Source of the DNA: Oikopleura dioica
Taxonomy: Eukaryota > Animalia > Chordata
Length of the DNA stretch: 64,000 bases
Assembly (NCBI GenBank): GCA_907165135.1
Contig: OU015567.1
Coordinates: forward strand, 14,694,001 to 14,758,000
Reading direction: 5' to 3'
Shown here: positions 12,005-24,089 of the stretch, in pieces
How the letters are laid out: each line of letters opens with the position of its first letter
How positions within the stretch are numbered: position 1 is the stretch's first letter
Position numbers and translations under genes: made by a program
Notes under the pieces: generated by a model
Seen by the model: only the letters and a program-made list of their open reading frames with translations
The model's database searches: none
Told to the model about the DNA's origin: nothing

Positions 12005-12656
12005 ATGAGTGAAATTGTAAGAGCTGCGGGTCTGCTGATCTTTCGAAGAGCTAGGGAAATTGAATTTCTTCTGCTGAAGGAAAGGATATAAAAAGTTCAT
12101 CACTTGGGCGTTAATTGAGGTTAATTGTTATCCTGGCAAGGCAAACTACGGAAAGCGCCACTGGTCGATTACGAAGGGACATGTTGGAACGGTATGAAAA
12201 GGTTACATGTTTCATAAAATTATTCAACAAACTTGACTAACCAGAGAAAGACCCCGGCGAAGGTAACATGCGTTCTGATAATTCCAGACTGACTATTGTT
12301 CATAGACGAGTTTAAAACAGCGCTGCGTGAGACGGAAGAAGAAGCGGGCTTAAAACAATCAAACTTGAAGATTTACGAAAAAGAGTGGACCCTACGTTAC
12401 GATGTCAAAAGCCATATCGATGGAATCGTCAGACCAAAAACTGTTAGAATTTGGCTTGCAGAGCAAATTTCTGGCGCTGCTGTTCTCTCTGAGGAGCACA
12501 GGTTTGTACCTTGCACTTTTTTGATCCTTTGAAAACGATATCTTCAGCGAAATGTCCTGGGGAAACGAAGAGAAAAGCTGCCACCTACTCTCTGACTATC
12601 AAGACATGCAGGAGCTTGTTCATGACGCTGTACACTTTATCAAAAGTAACGAATAA
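12005..12656 (+). CDS. NUDT2: Bis(5'-nucleosyl)-tetraphosphatase (Ap4A hydrolase), Nudix family
   Basis: MSEIVRAAGLLIFRRAREIEFLLLK, then HWSITKGHV, then the Nudix box PGEDEFKTALRETEEEAGL, then KTVRIWLAE and LSEEH. Stop at 12654-12656. Confidence 0.92.
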
Positions 12657-15231
12657 AATTCTCATGGCAACTCTCTATCGACTATTCTTAGTGCCCGCCG
12701 GACGAAGAAAAAGTCTTCCTTGATTTCAGTTTTTTAAAAACATCATGTGCATGTGAGATCCTAAGGGCAGTAGCGTGGTTGGGAGACCAGAGGGGAGGTC
12801 ATTCTTCATTCATATGAGTTTTTGGCTTGCGTAAAATGACGTTGCTTTTGTGTACAGGAAGCGAACCATTTACCGAAATTTTTTTAACTTAATTTATGCC
12901 TCTGTAAAATACATATGACGCCAAGAGAATCGCATCGGCTATCTGGAGGAGGTAAATGATATTCTTTTGAGCTTTATAAAAGCCCCTTTGATCCGAGTTA
13001 ACAAGCGCCTTAAAATAAAGATAAGTATATTTTCCCCAAAATACCATCAACCCGTAAAACCAGCGCAGTGAAGTATAAAAACCAGTCAATTGTTCTATAC
13101 TTTCGGTGTAATTACTTTTATAAGAGTAGTGAGGTCTTTTACGACGTTCTGGATTATTTCTTCTTTTGGAAAGATATAGCTTCAGATCCCAAGTGAATCA
13201 CAACGCAAGCTTTTCATTCAATTTTTTTTACAAAATAGTCACAAAAGATTTCGTCAGAGAAAAAAATCGGCAAGGAAAAAGGGTTCAGATTATGAGACGA
13301 AATTGACGTAGCATTTTATTTCCTGTGTTTATGGATTGACGTGAATTTCAGGAACATCTTTAAATTTAACTCATTAACGCGTTATATGAAGACCTAAATT
13401 TTAGTAAAAAAAGAAGCTTTCATTTACCTTGATCACTTCAAACTTAGTCGCGGAAGCGTAAAATGATCAGAATATTCGAAATTTTACGCAACTGCTTTTG
13501 TTCTCTAATGCCTTTGTCCCTGCCTTGCCCTGGGCCTGTGAGTGAACCCTAGAAAAAAGTGCGCGCCCCTGATCAATGCAAAAGATAAATTGTCTAGCAG
13601 TACAGTTACGAGGAGGGCGACTGATCGAGAATCTGTGCCATTGATGCTTTATTTCGGTATGTCAGAATAATTACGCTTCCAATTAGGCACATGAGCCACC
13701 AGGTTCATTAAAATTTAGAAGCTGTTAGCAGCCCACGAACATTTTGTTGAATTGTTACAAAATTACCCCGAAATAGTTTTTTATTGAACTAAAAATTTGA
13801 TTGAATATTTGGTTTTCATCCCGGGATTCAACTGTTTTTGTTATTTAAAATAAGTAGCAAGTACTGTTTGAATGAAAAAATCATGAAGGATTCGAGGGCG
13901 AATCAAAGAGTTCACTCAAGAGCTTGTATAATTGAAGAGATTCTTGTTCGGGAGTGAAAGATTGAACACGCTCTTAGACTGCGCCCCAACTGAAGCGGTA
14001 GATAGCATTTGAGCCACTTTCAGTAGCGATTTATATGTTGACCCTTGCTAGGTGAGCTGGATAATGTCACTGTAATAGGATCAGTGTGGACAATTTGTAC
14101 AGTCTCTCGCCAGCTGAAAACACTCATTATAACCAGCACAAGTAGCTTCAATGGGCCTTGGATTTCAAGGCCTAATCCTGGCCAGTGTGTTCCTCTCTTT
14201 ATTATATTTCTGCTCATTGTTACACTGTCGTTTGGGCACACACCAACAAAGAGCTTTTCGCCGCTGGACAGAAAGTTAATTTTATTTTTAAATGCTTTTG
14301 GGTCAAATCAGAAGATTGACGCTTTTTTTCGATTAAGATTCTGATTGAGCTCTGGCCTTTTCCTTTTCAGGGACTCTTGAGCCTCTTTACGGTCTATTCT
14401 TTCAAAGAGATAGTCTTCCTTGATTTCAAAAAGCTGGGTACCGAAACACAGAGAGTTCAATAAGGAATAAAATGTGCTTGGACGTCAAATACTCTGGGAA
14501 CGTCAAGTCTTACGTACTTTACTATTTGTTTGTTACTTTACTTTGTCGCAAGACTGTAGACTCTTTGATTGCTTTCAAAAGAGGCTACTCCTGCGCCAGT
14601 GAAAGAGACTTGAGAGAGAAGAGATTTAATTTCTATCCCTCATTATCGTTTTTCGGGAATAATCAATGCGCGCGGGCTATTCTGACACTGTATCCAGAAT
14701 TTCTATAGTTATCTTCTGCTAGCGAATTGCCGCGGGCGAGTGAGTCGCTGAGATTGACCAACTGAGGGCGGCCAAGGGATGAGGAGTAGTGAGACAGCGG
14801 CGTTCCCCAGGGACCAGAATTTCTCTCAAATCGTCCCGTTTGAGTAATTGCGCCCCGTGCCAAAGTGCAGTTAGTTGCTGACAAGCTGACTGAAAATCAC
14901 TCTGCCCCGGCGAAAGAAAATACTGAAAAACAAAGCCTCCGTTTTCCCCTTTTTTAAATGTTCAGATCGAGCTGACAGAAAATTTCTTTTAGAGAATAAA
15001 TTGATGATGAAAAATTTATGACCCAGTGAGATATCGACTCGGTTTGGCTGTATTTGCAATACAGTTTTCTTATTCAGAAGAAGTTATAAATGATGTGGAT
15101 TCAGCTCCTTCTGAATCTCCAGTTACAAGTACATTCATACGACGCGCACTCGTACAGTAAAGGTACTGGATGCTAAATTTGGGTGATTCCAAACGATTCC
15201 ATGATTTTAGCTTTTTAAAATTCGCAAAATT

Positions 15232-16973
15232 ATGGGATGTGGGAGTGCGGGTGCTTGGAAAAGTATAAAAGCGCTGATTTGCTGCGGTAATCAAGATTTA
15301 TTGTTAGAAGCTATTAGAACTTGTTGTTGTTCAATATTTACACTTTCTCGTTTTTATGTGTTTTTCGTAACCCTCGGGTCAGTCATGTTCGCCAATAGAG
15401 GTAGTTTCAGTAAACTCGCCTGACGTCCGGACAGATTTTGTGTAACAAGTAGAAATAATTGATTTTCGCTTTGTAAAATCAATTTGAAAGAATGATATCC
15501 ATGTTATTCATAATTAACTTACCAGTCTAAACGCCGCTCTTTAAGAACTCCAGCAGACACAATCTGGCAGCTCGAGCAACGAGGAGGACTGTAATTTTCC
15601 CCTGGCTCGTCTGAAATCGGAATTCGCTTCGGTCCCGGAGGCGCAAACATGGGACTTTGATATATTCGAATATGCTTCTACGCATCCTGAAGATTTCATG
15701 ACGCGTATTACTGGCTTCGCTCTTGATCATTTAGGATCAGTTAAAAGTCTTAGACTTGACCACAAGGTACATTTTCTTATAAAACGTTTCTTTGTATTCT
15801 TCAGCTTTTATCCACATTCATCGCCGACATCCAGCGCTCCTACCTCGACCATGTCCCTTATCACAACGCTGTCCACGCCACGGACATCGTACAAGCCGTC
15901 TTCTACACACTCACCTGCGGGCAAGACGGCTTCCGCCTTCGGGATCTCCTCACGGCCGACGAAGCATCGGCGCTCATTTTCGCCGCATTAGGACATGATA
16001 TCAATCATCAAGGTAAGTAGCGCTTCTCCAAGGAATATCCCGGATCCAGTAGGATTGCGCCCTCGGGAGCGCCTTTTATAGCCGACCTGCCAAAATAGAG
16101 ATTATGCGCAATGAATGCGATCTGAGACGGGCTTCTGACGTGTTTAATCCTCTTCAAACGATAATTAGTATCAATATGGCTTCAATGTATGTATTACAGG
16201 GTTGACGAACTTCTTCCTGCGAGAGTCAAAACACGAGCTTGCTCAAATTGACGAAGAAAATCCAAACGAATCCATGCATTGGCGAGTCTTTAGCGATAAG
16301 CTTGCTCAATGGGTAAGTGAGCCCAGCAGCCAAAGGATGAGTCCGCTTATGCGCCATTTTAGAAGGTATTGGATGATCTAGAGGAGAATCGTCGTGAGAG
16401 ACTAAGGGAGATGATCCGCGAGCTCATCTTGGCCACGAATATGGACCATCACGCCAAGATTCTTTCTGACTGGAAGAGATTGGAACCACAATTTACACTT
16501 GACAATCCTGAGCATAGAATGGCTCTTATGCAATATGTTCTGAAATTTGCAGATATTTCAAATCCCGCAAGACCAAAGGTATTTTATTTTAGTGGGCTGT
16601 ATCTAATTTCGAACTGTTTAGATATTATATGATAAATGGACAAGAAGATTGAGAGAAGAGCTTCATCAGGAAGGCGACAAAATGAAAGAAATTGGCCTTG
16701 AACCAGATCATGTAAGAAGACCTAAAGCTTATTGTTGATCAGTTACCGTATTTGTTCAGACGAGAGATAGATCGCATAAATCAGCAGTGAGCAAAGTTCA
16801 GTGCTGGTTTATCCAGCACCGAGTAGTCCTTTACCTCAAAAACATCAACAAATTTGGACCTCAGCTTCCCGAACCAGAGGTGAATCGAAAACTCTCTTCC
16901 TTGATTTCACCTCATTTCTTAGGCTCAACTTGAAAAAAATCTAAAAGACTGGAAAAAACGCCAAGCTTGCTAA
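15232..16973 (+). CDS. Class I cyclic nucleotide phosphodiesterase, essentially catalytic domain only (start 15232 or 15385)
   Basis: Motifs WDFDIF, PYHNAVHATDIVQA, LIFAALGHDINHQGLTN, ILATNMDHH, LKFADISNPARP and VQCWFI. Stop at 16971-16973. The subfamily cannot be assigned by eye. Confidence 0.85.
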
Positions 16974-17238
16974 AACTTCTACTGTCAAAACAGAATGTTA
17001 TATCACGACCCGCACTTCAACTCGACCATCACTTCAACTCAACAGCTCAGAAAACACTGCGACATCGTTCTGAAATTATTCTATTCCAAAATCTACTGTA
17101 TGTTCCGCGATAGTTCCGGTTCCCTTCTTTTATCAACAGGATGTACATTTTCTTAAAAATAATAAAAGAAACCTTGCGTTCAGATCAAAAGCTCTTTTTG
17201 TCTTTCAGAATCAGATTTTCCTATTTATATTTTCATAT

Positions 17239-20130
17239 CTATGCGCAGGTATGTAACTCATTACTTATAACCAGAGGAGAATAAATTTCGTATTCAAGAG
17301 CAGGGGGATAGTCGTAGAAAATTGTAGATGAGCTCATGGTTCCGTTAGTCGTATCCACCGTAAATTTTTCAATTGCATATGCTCCAAGTGCGTAAATTTC
17401 ATCATTGAAATTAATCACGGACCCAAAGTAATGATACTTAAAAATGATATTTCTTAGATACAATGAAAACTCAAAATTTGCCTACTCAAAATTTGGCCGG
17501 TTTTGGTCAAAATTGACTGATTTTTGAATCTGAAAAAGACTCAAAAGTTGGCCGCTTTTTCAAGAATAAAAAATTTTGCATCAACAATGAGCCCAAATTA
17601 TGCTATTTTTGATCATTTTTAGCATTTTTAAAGTGTTTAAATCATTTTAAAATGACAAAATTCTAATACAAACGACTTCAAACAAGCTAAATTTGAATAA
17701 AATTCATCAAAAATGTGAAAATCATGGCGATTTTCGAATTATTCGAAAATTTTCTTTTTTGAAGGGTAAACTTGGCAACTCGGAAAAAAACTAAAAATTT
17801 GGCCGGTTTTTATGCGAATTCGGATCTGAAAACCGGCCAATTTTTGAGTTTTCACTGTATCAGACTGAAATAATAGATCATATGATTTTGTATCGAACGT
17901 TTTCGTTTATTGGATAAACTTCATCAGGATACTAAACTTAAGATGAACGAAAAAGAAACAGAGGAAAAAGAATACTTTTATGTTGAGAGAGCAGTGTGAA
18001 ATTGCTAACTGAGGAAAACAGAAAAACAAGATCAAAAAATGGCTGTTTTTAGTCGAGCGCCAAGGTGGCCCAAAACAGTGCTCGACTAAATTAAAAAGTT
18101 TTGAACTGTTTGAAATCAGATTGTTCATTTAGGGAGGGTCGATGCAGTAAAATAAGAAATTGTTCAGCGCTTCTCCTTTGACTCTTATTAGTTAGATTAG
18201 TTTGCAGAACATCAAAGTATTTTACTTTGACTAAAAACAGCCATTTTTTGATCTTGTTTTTCTGTTTTCCTCAGTTAGCAATTTCACACTGCTCTCTCAA
18301 CATAAAAGTATTCTTTTTCCTCTGTTTCTTTTTCGTTCATCTTAAGTTTAGTATCCTGATGAAGTTTATCCAATAAACGAAAACGTTCGATACAAAATCA
18401 TATGATCTATTAACGAAGTCAACCCGAAAAGATATAGACTGAAATAAGTTATAAATTTCTTACGGTACTCAAATTCCCTAATCGATTCCAGGATTCATTC
18501 TTGAATAAATAAATTGCTTGACTAAGGTCACCGTATCCTCCAATAGTAAGCATTGCATCGCCAACTCCTATGCAAGAAGCACCTTCGGTGTAAATGCTAT
18601 AGAAGGGTTAACGTCAGGATAATAACGAAAATAGCGAGAAAACTGTAAGGAGTATTTACTTATCTATTGGAAAATTTGTTGTATATGACCAATCTCCAGT
18701 TTCTGGATCTCTTATCTCAGCATACTTTCCACGACTTGTGCTGTCACAGCCGAAAGCTTTGTGAAAAATATTAAGAAACCATTTTGTATCATATTACCCA
18801 TAATAGCCTCACGATAATTTCCAATGCAGCCCAATATATGGTCAGAGTTCGTTTTTGATGATTCCAACCCAACTGAACTTCCATCGAAATACATACAGCT
18901 TTTATAGTCAATATCTGATGTGAAGCATAGAAGGACTTAATGAAAGTTGTTATTATTTTTAACTATGCCTATGAAATTGAATATATGTAATTCGAATGAG
19001 TTATTTTGATAACTAAGGAACCTTTTGAATCGTCAGATAAAACAGCGACACTGTTGGAGTAGTAGTGGCTTTCTCCATTTTTGATTTCAGTGGCAAAAAA
19101 AATTTTATAGAAATCTAAACATTCCTGTATGGCAGCTTTAAATCAAGCTCGATTACACTACAGCCATCCAATTTCGATATCTACAATTTTAAGAACATTT
19201 TTCTATGATTTCTTGACTGACCATATATCTATCGTATTCTCCGCCAAAAATGTAGAACGTGTCTTGAAGATAAGCGTAACCACTACCAGTAATGTATAAA
19301 GGATTCCCAATCGGGTAATTTATTTGGGTCCTCTCTACGTTTCCCTCTAATGGAGCGCTGAACGAATAAAAATAAGTCATTGCCAGAAAACCATCATCAA
19401 TCTCGCACTAGAAAAATTATTACGTGAGATTTAAATAAAAAGATGACGAACGTTATAATCTGGGCAAAATGGGCAACCCTGTGGACATCCAGGATTACAA
19501 GGGCAGTTTTTCGTATTTTCCAGAAACTCTTGAGTGCATATTTCAGAGCAATCATATGAGTAACAATTTGAAAGACAGCCATTGAGCATCTTAATATTAA
19601 GATTAGGAGTAATCTTGATTTGAATATTATTTTTACCTTTTCATTTGAGTTTTTACAACGGAGAAAATCTTTATTTTCTTCCGGTATTTCACATGGACTT
19701 GGTTGACACGTTGGATGTTCACAATCTTCGCAGCCATTCGGGCAGTTAACCCCGCACGGGCTAAGATATTATAGAATGTTTGTCATATTTTAAACTCATT
19801 AGTTATGGCCCATTGTGGCATATTTCAATAACTTTCTATTTTACTCACCAGTCCGATAAGCATTCTACGTACTCAATCGCGCATTCACTGAATTATAGCT
19901 TACTTATTTGCCAATAATCAAGTAATACTTATCGCAGGTCAAATCATTGCAGTTTTGTCTACACGCTATGTAAGCTCCTCTGCAATCGGTATCGCACAAT
20001 GCTCCAAGGTCAGCATCGCTAGGTAAATACGGTGATCGATAAAATTTTTTATTTTATTATACTTACGGACAAGTATTATTATCTTTCGTTAATCTTTGAC
20101 TGATAGCCATGAAGAAATCATCGTTCTCAA
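17239..20130 (-). CDS. Cys-rich repeat plus kelch-like beta-propeller protein, multi-exon, 5' end uncertain
   Basis: Minus-strand exons encode two C..C..C..CPCxxxCPxGC units (CPCGVNCPNGCEDC; CPCNPGCPQGCPFC). These are followed by propeller-like blades (FYIFGGEYDRYMISKLDGCS, HILGCIGNYRE, MLTIGGY, SVINFNDEIYALG). Confidence 0.6.
17871..18412. mobile_element. Foldback/MITE-like element: two perfect 184-bp inverted arms around a 174-bp spacer
   Basis: 17871-18054 is the exact reverse complement of 18229-18412 on base-by-base reading. The outermost bases are TA on both sides. It lies in an intron of the Cys-rich/kelch-like gene. Confidence 0.85.
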
Positions 20131-21030
20131 GATCAAGTTCTCTCGAAATATCTAATGTGTTCTTTGCGACACAATTTACCACAAAAAAGGCAAGTTGTAC
20201 AAGCTTTCTCCTCATTTTTACCAATAGAATACGACTTATGCGAGTTACATAGGACTAAAAGTTGCTTTTGCACATAACATCTGCAGTTTTCCCAAAGAAT
20301 TACTCGCAATATAATTTTTAAAGGAAGAAATTTTACTTCCCTCATTCTTAGATGATTTTACTTTTTTGCAGGATAAACTTGAAAATGATCAATTAATTTC
20401 ATGCTTGGTTATTGCGGTTTGTCCTGTAGGTTGTGTTAAATCAGCAAGATGTCCGTGTTTGTTTTGAAATAATTTATTAAATCATCATTTGGCAGAAAGA
20501 TTACAAAACTCTGCCGGATATCCGCTTGGAACCAAGCTCAGACCCCAATTTAGTGTTTCATAAATGAGGTTGAATCTTGATATCCAGGAGCGGAGTAGAT
20601 TGAAAGTGGGAAAAGGTGAGATAGGCTTACCTAAACTTGTACTTTTAGGTATGGCGCAATACTTTTCTCATGACAAGAAGAGTACCGCAGGAAATTGGGG
20701 AAATGTTGGCAGATTGTATGATCATCATAAAAACAGAAGTAGATTTTATACAAAGAATAAAAGCAGAAATTTCGCAGGGAAATTATCTGCGTGTGCGAAA
20801 AAGAGTACGAGAGTATTTTTTCAGGAGCGGATAGTGACAACAGATTGCACTTCACAGGAGGAACACTGTGGCCGTTAGACGCTAGAAATTCTCATTAGTA
20901 TAATGAACAGACGAGGGAGTAGTTACCTGAAGTATTTACAAGGAGAAGTTGGCCATAAAATTTTCAGAAAAATGGGCTGATCACCTAAAAGAAGCGTTGA
21001 GAAAGTTGAATATGCATAGAGAATACTACC

Positions 21031-23806
21031 TTACTGGCTCTCAGTAGGAGTCTGCTGAGGCAAGTGAGTGGGGTGGTTGTATGGCTTGAGGACTCCGTTG
21101 TAAAACTCTTTGACTTTTCGCATTTCTCTGATCTTATTTCGTTGTTGGTTGTATCGTCGGTTGCATTGGACGTAGACACCGACGCAGATGCCGAGAGCAA
21201 TGACGGCAACGACGAGGGCGATGGTGATCATCATAACAATTTGGTTGTTGTCTAGAATGACGAAGTTAGTTGATCGAAGAATGTTTCAGACAAAAATCCA
21301 GATTTTCAACTAAGCTGCGTGATTAGACAAAAATTACAGCAGCTTGGAATCTCAGAATTATCTTATTGCAACGCATATTTCACCCTTTGCGCAGCCCGAG
21401 GGTTTCTATCGTGGAATTTGCATAAATTTCAATCCTTGAGAGGCCTTTTTCGCCATAATTTAATTATTACCTTGGGCAATTTCTTCAATCTCGGCGCGGA
21501 GGATCTCTTCGGAGATGACATTGAATTGTCCTTCTCGCATGACTTCGGCGCGCTTCTTGAGCTCTTCGGGGCTCATTTCGTCGACGACGGTGATAGACAT
21601 GGTGCTGTTGAAAGCATTCTCGGGCTTGTACATGCCCTTTGGTGCTTCAGGACTCTCAACTGGCTGAAATTTATTGATAAAAGAAGGAAGTATTAATTAT
21701 AAAGTTACCTCTTCCGCAGCTCTTCGCTTTCGGCCAGTATCGTATTGGTCGTTGTAAAGTTCATCAATGTAGTTGATGTAGTAGTAGTTGACGTAGTAGT
21801 AGTCATCGTAGTTGATGTCGTTGGCCATGCAAACACACTGGTTGGCAATGCCTGGACCGGCCTTCTGGCAAACCTCGACTTCGCAGGAGATGTACACCTG
21901 GTCCATCTTCTCGGTCCACTGGTACATCTGGAAGCAGAAATTCACATCGTTGGAGAGACCGTTCTGGATGAGCTGGACAGTGACGTCGTCAACCTTTGAG
22001 CATCGGTCGTTGATGAGAGTGTTTTGGAGACCAGTGCCGTCCATGTTGGAATAAGCGGCGCATTTGTTGGCGGTGAGGACGAGATCGTCTCGGATGGTGT
22101 TCTAGGTAAAGAATTAGGTGGTGATTTTTGAGCTGTGAACTTACGGTTAGAGAAAGCTTGACACAAACATCGGATTTCTTGGCGATGACTGGGTTCTCGG
22201 GGTATGGCTCCATGAAACCTTCATCCTTGAAGAGGGCCATCTCGACGGTGAAATCTCCGAGGTCGGATTTATGATCGACAGTGGTGACGGCGGGAGTGAG
22301 AGCATCCGAGTGGACGGTGTACTCATCTTCGTAAGTGCACTTGAACTCAACGATGTCAAAAGTCATCTCGACAGCTTCTTCGGATGGAAGACCCTTTCGC
22401 TGTTGTCGGTAGACGACGGCGTTGGTGTATTCGTAATCGCCACCTTCGTGCTTGGTGACGGTTCCGCACTGGGAGAAGGGAGAGTTGATTCTGAAGAAAT
22501 CAATTACTTCATTATCGAAATCAAGACTTTATCTTGGTGTTATATAAAAACTAACCACGTGAACATCAGTCTCAACACGTGTTTCCAATTTCGCGAAAAA
22601 TTTACAAGACCTGTTGCTCAATTTTACAAATCTTCCGCGTCTTTCTATCTCTATCTCTATTTTGATTCCAGAGAGGAAATTACTGTTTGCTTACCGGAGA
22701 GTGTACTCGTCGCCATCTTCAGTGACAGTGCAGCCAGTTCCCTTTCCTCGGAAGCCAATGTGCTCGACGGAATCGTCAAGATCGTGCTCGGTGACGAGGT
22801 CTTTTTTCACGTTCACCTGCATGAAGGAATCGCCACAGACGACTTTTGGTGGTGCGACTGTACAGAAGATTCCGGTCCAGCCATCTTCGCAACGGCAGAA
22901 GAATCCTCGGTTGTACTGTAAAATTCAGATTAGTTTTCTTTTCGAAAATGATGATGTCAGTTGTCCAGTCCTATTAGTGAAAAGATACGGTACATTTCGT
23001 TCGATAAAGCTTCTTATCTTAGGCTAGGGGTCAGCTGCCGCTTCGCCACATGTACTCATACAAACTTATCAGATAGGGTCATTTATTAATAAATGTTCAA
23101 TAACCTTAGCGGTCGAATACTAATCCAATTATCGAAAACCCAAATAATGAAAATGAGGAATAATTGAACCGTTGTTTATAATAATAATGAGCAATTACTA
23201 ATTAGCGCTCGTCAGAATTCAGTTGCATTTTATGTGTTTTTAAATAGATGCTGCTCGAAAGGCCAAATATTATTGAATCTGAATCGGGCATTTATCATGA
23301 ATCGTTGCTATTATGGAATAATTGCAAGATAATAATCGCAAAACGTGGTCATCTGGCTCGACGCTGGTGTTAACCGTTTAGAGATTAGAGTATGTTAAAA
23401 AGAAGGATGAAAACATCAGAAGGTGACCAAATGAGTCTTTTATTTGACCAGTTCTCAATTTTTGGGAACTTTGCTTCAGAAAATATTTTAATGAAACGGA
23501 CTATACAAATCCGATTATATTTATATACTTGGAAGACTTAAATTACAGGCATTTTTACTCTTATCATCATTTTTATGAGCGTTTTTAGCCAATTAAGAGG
23601 TCGAAAAAGCAATTGAAAATATTATTAAAATGGCTAATTTTTGATCTAAAATTCAAAAATACACTTACGATATCACTTGGAACACAAGTTCCACCATTAG
23701 CGCATGGAGTATCGTCACAGGTCTGCTTGGTCTTGGTGACCGAGGCGGAACCTGGACCAGCTCCCAAAGCGGCCACAGTTGTAAGTGGCAGAACAGCAAG
23801 CTTCAT
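21031..23806 (-). CDS. Signal peptide + EGF + zona pellucida (ZP) domain protein with furin site and C-terminal TM helix
   Basis: Begins MKLAVLPLTTVAALG...CDDTPCANGGTC, then FFCRCEDGWTGIFC (EGF). ZP-N reads VVCGDSFMQVNV...VEFKCTY, ZP-C reads FTVEMALF...NFCFQMYQW...VYISCEVEVC. RKRR furin site, then TM ITIALVVAVIALGICVGVYV. Confidence 0.88.
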
Positions 23807-23937
23807 AATATGATGTTTCTGAAGGATAGTCTCTTAGAAAGCGTTTTTCGTGGTTATTTCTCTTTTTACCTTATACAATATATACAAAAAAGTAAAAAAG
23901 GGATTTTTCTATTTTCTTTATTTCGCTAGCGTACTGA

Positions 23938-24089
23938 TGGCGGAGGTGCTGATGGTGGAGTCGCCACACGCTGGCGCTACCGAGCGGTGGGGCGAGTTGA
24001 CGGCCCGGCCCGCGGTCAGACGCCGCGGTTGCCACTCAGAGTTCCATGCTCAGCAGGAGAGCTCTCTGAGTTTTTATCAGCCTCCGCCA
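23938..24089 (+). ncRNA. Candidate structured non-coding RNA or element (multi-branch, GC-rich), identity unknown
   Basis: Closing stem TGGCGGAGG..CTGAT / ATCAG..CCTCCGCCA encloses three clear hairpins. About two-thirds GC in AT-rich intergenic DNA. Strand assigned only from G-U compatibility. Confidence 0.35.

Noticed and set aside
13500-14900. GC-elevated patches and short ORFs between NUDT2 and the PDE
   Set aside because: No consistent exon chain or nested structure. Possibly regulatory, but unsupported.
17480-17850. Repeated AAAATTTGGCCGGTTTT motifs with an 18-bp hairpin (17793-17845)
   Set aside because: Short, degenerate and AT-rich with no definable element ends. Probably old repeat debris.
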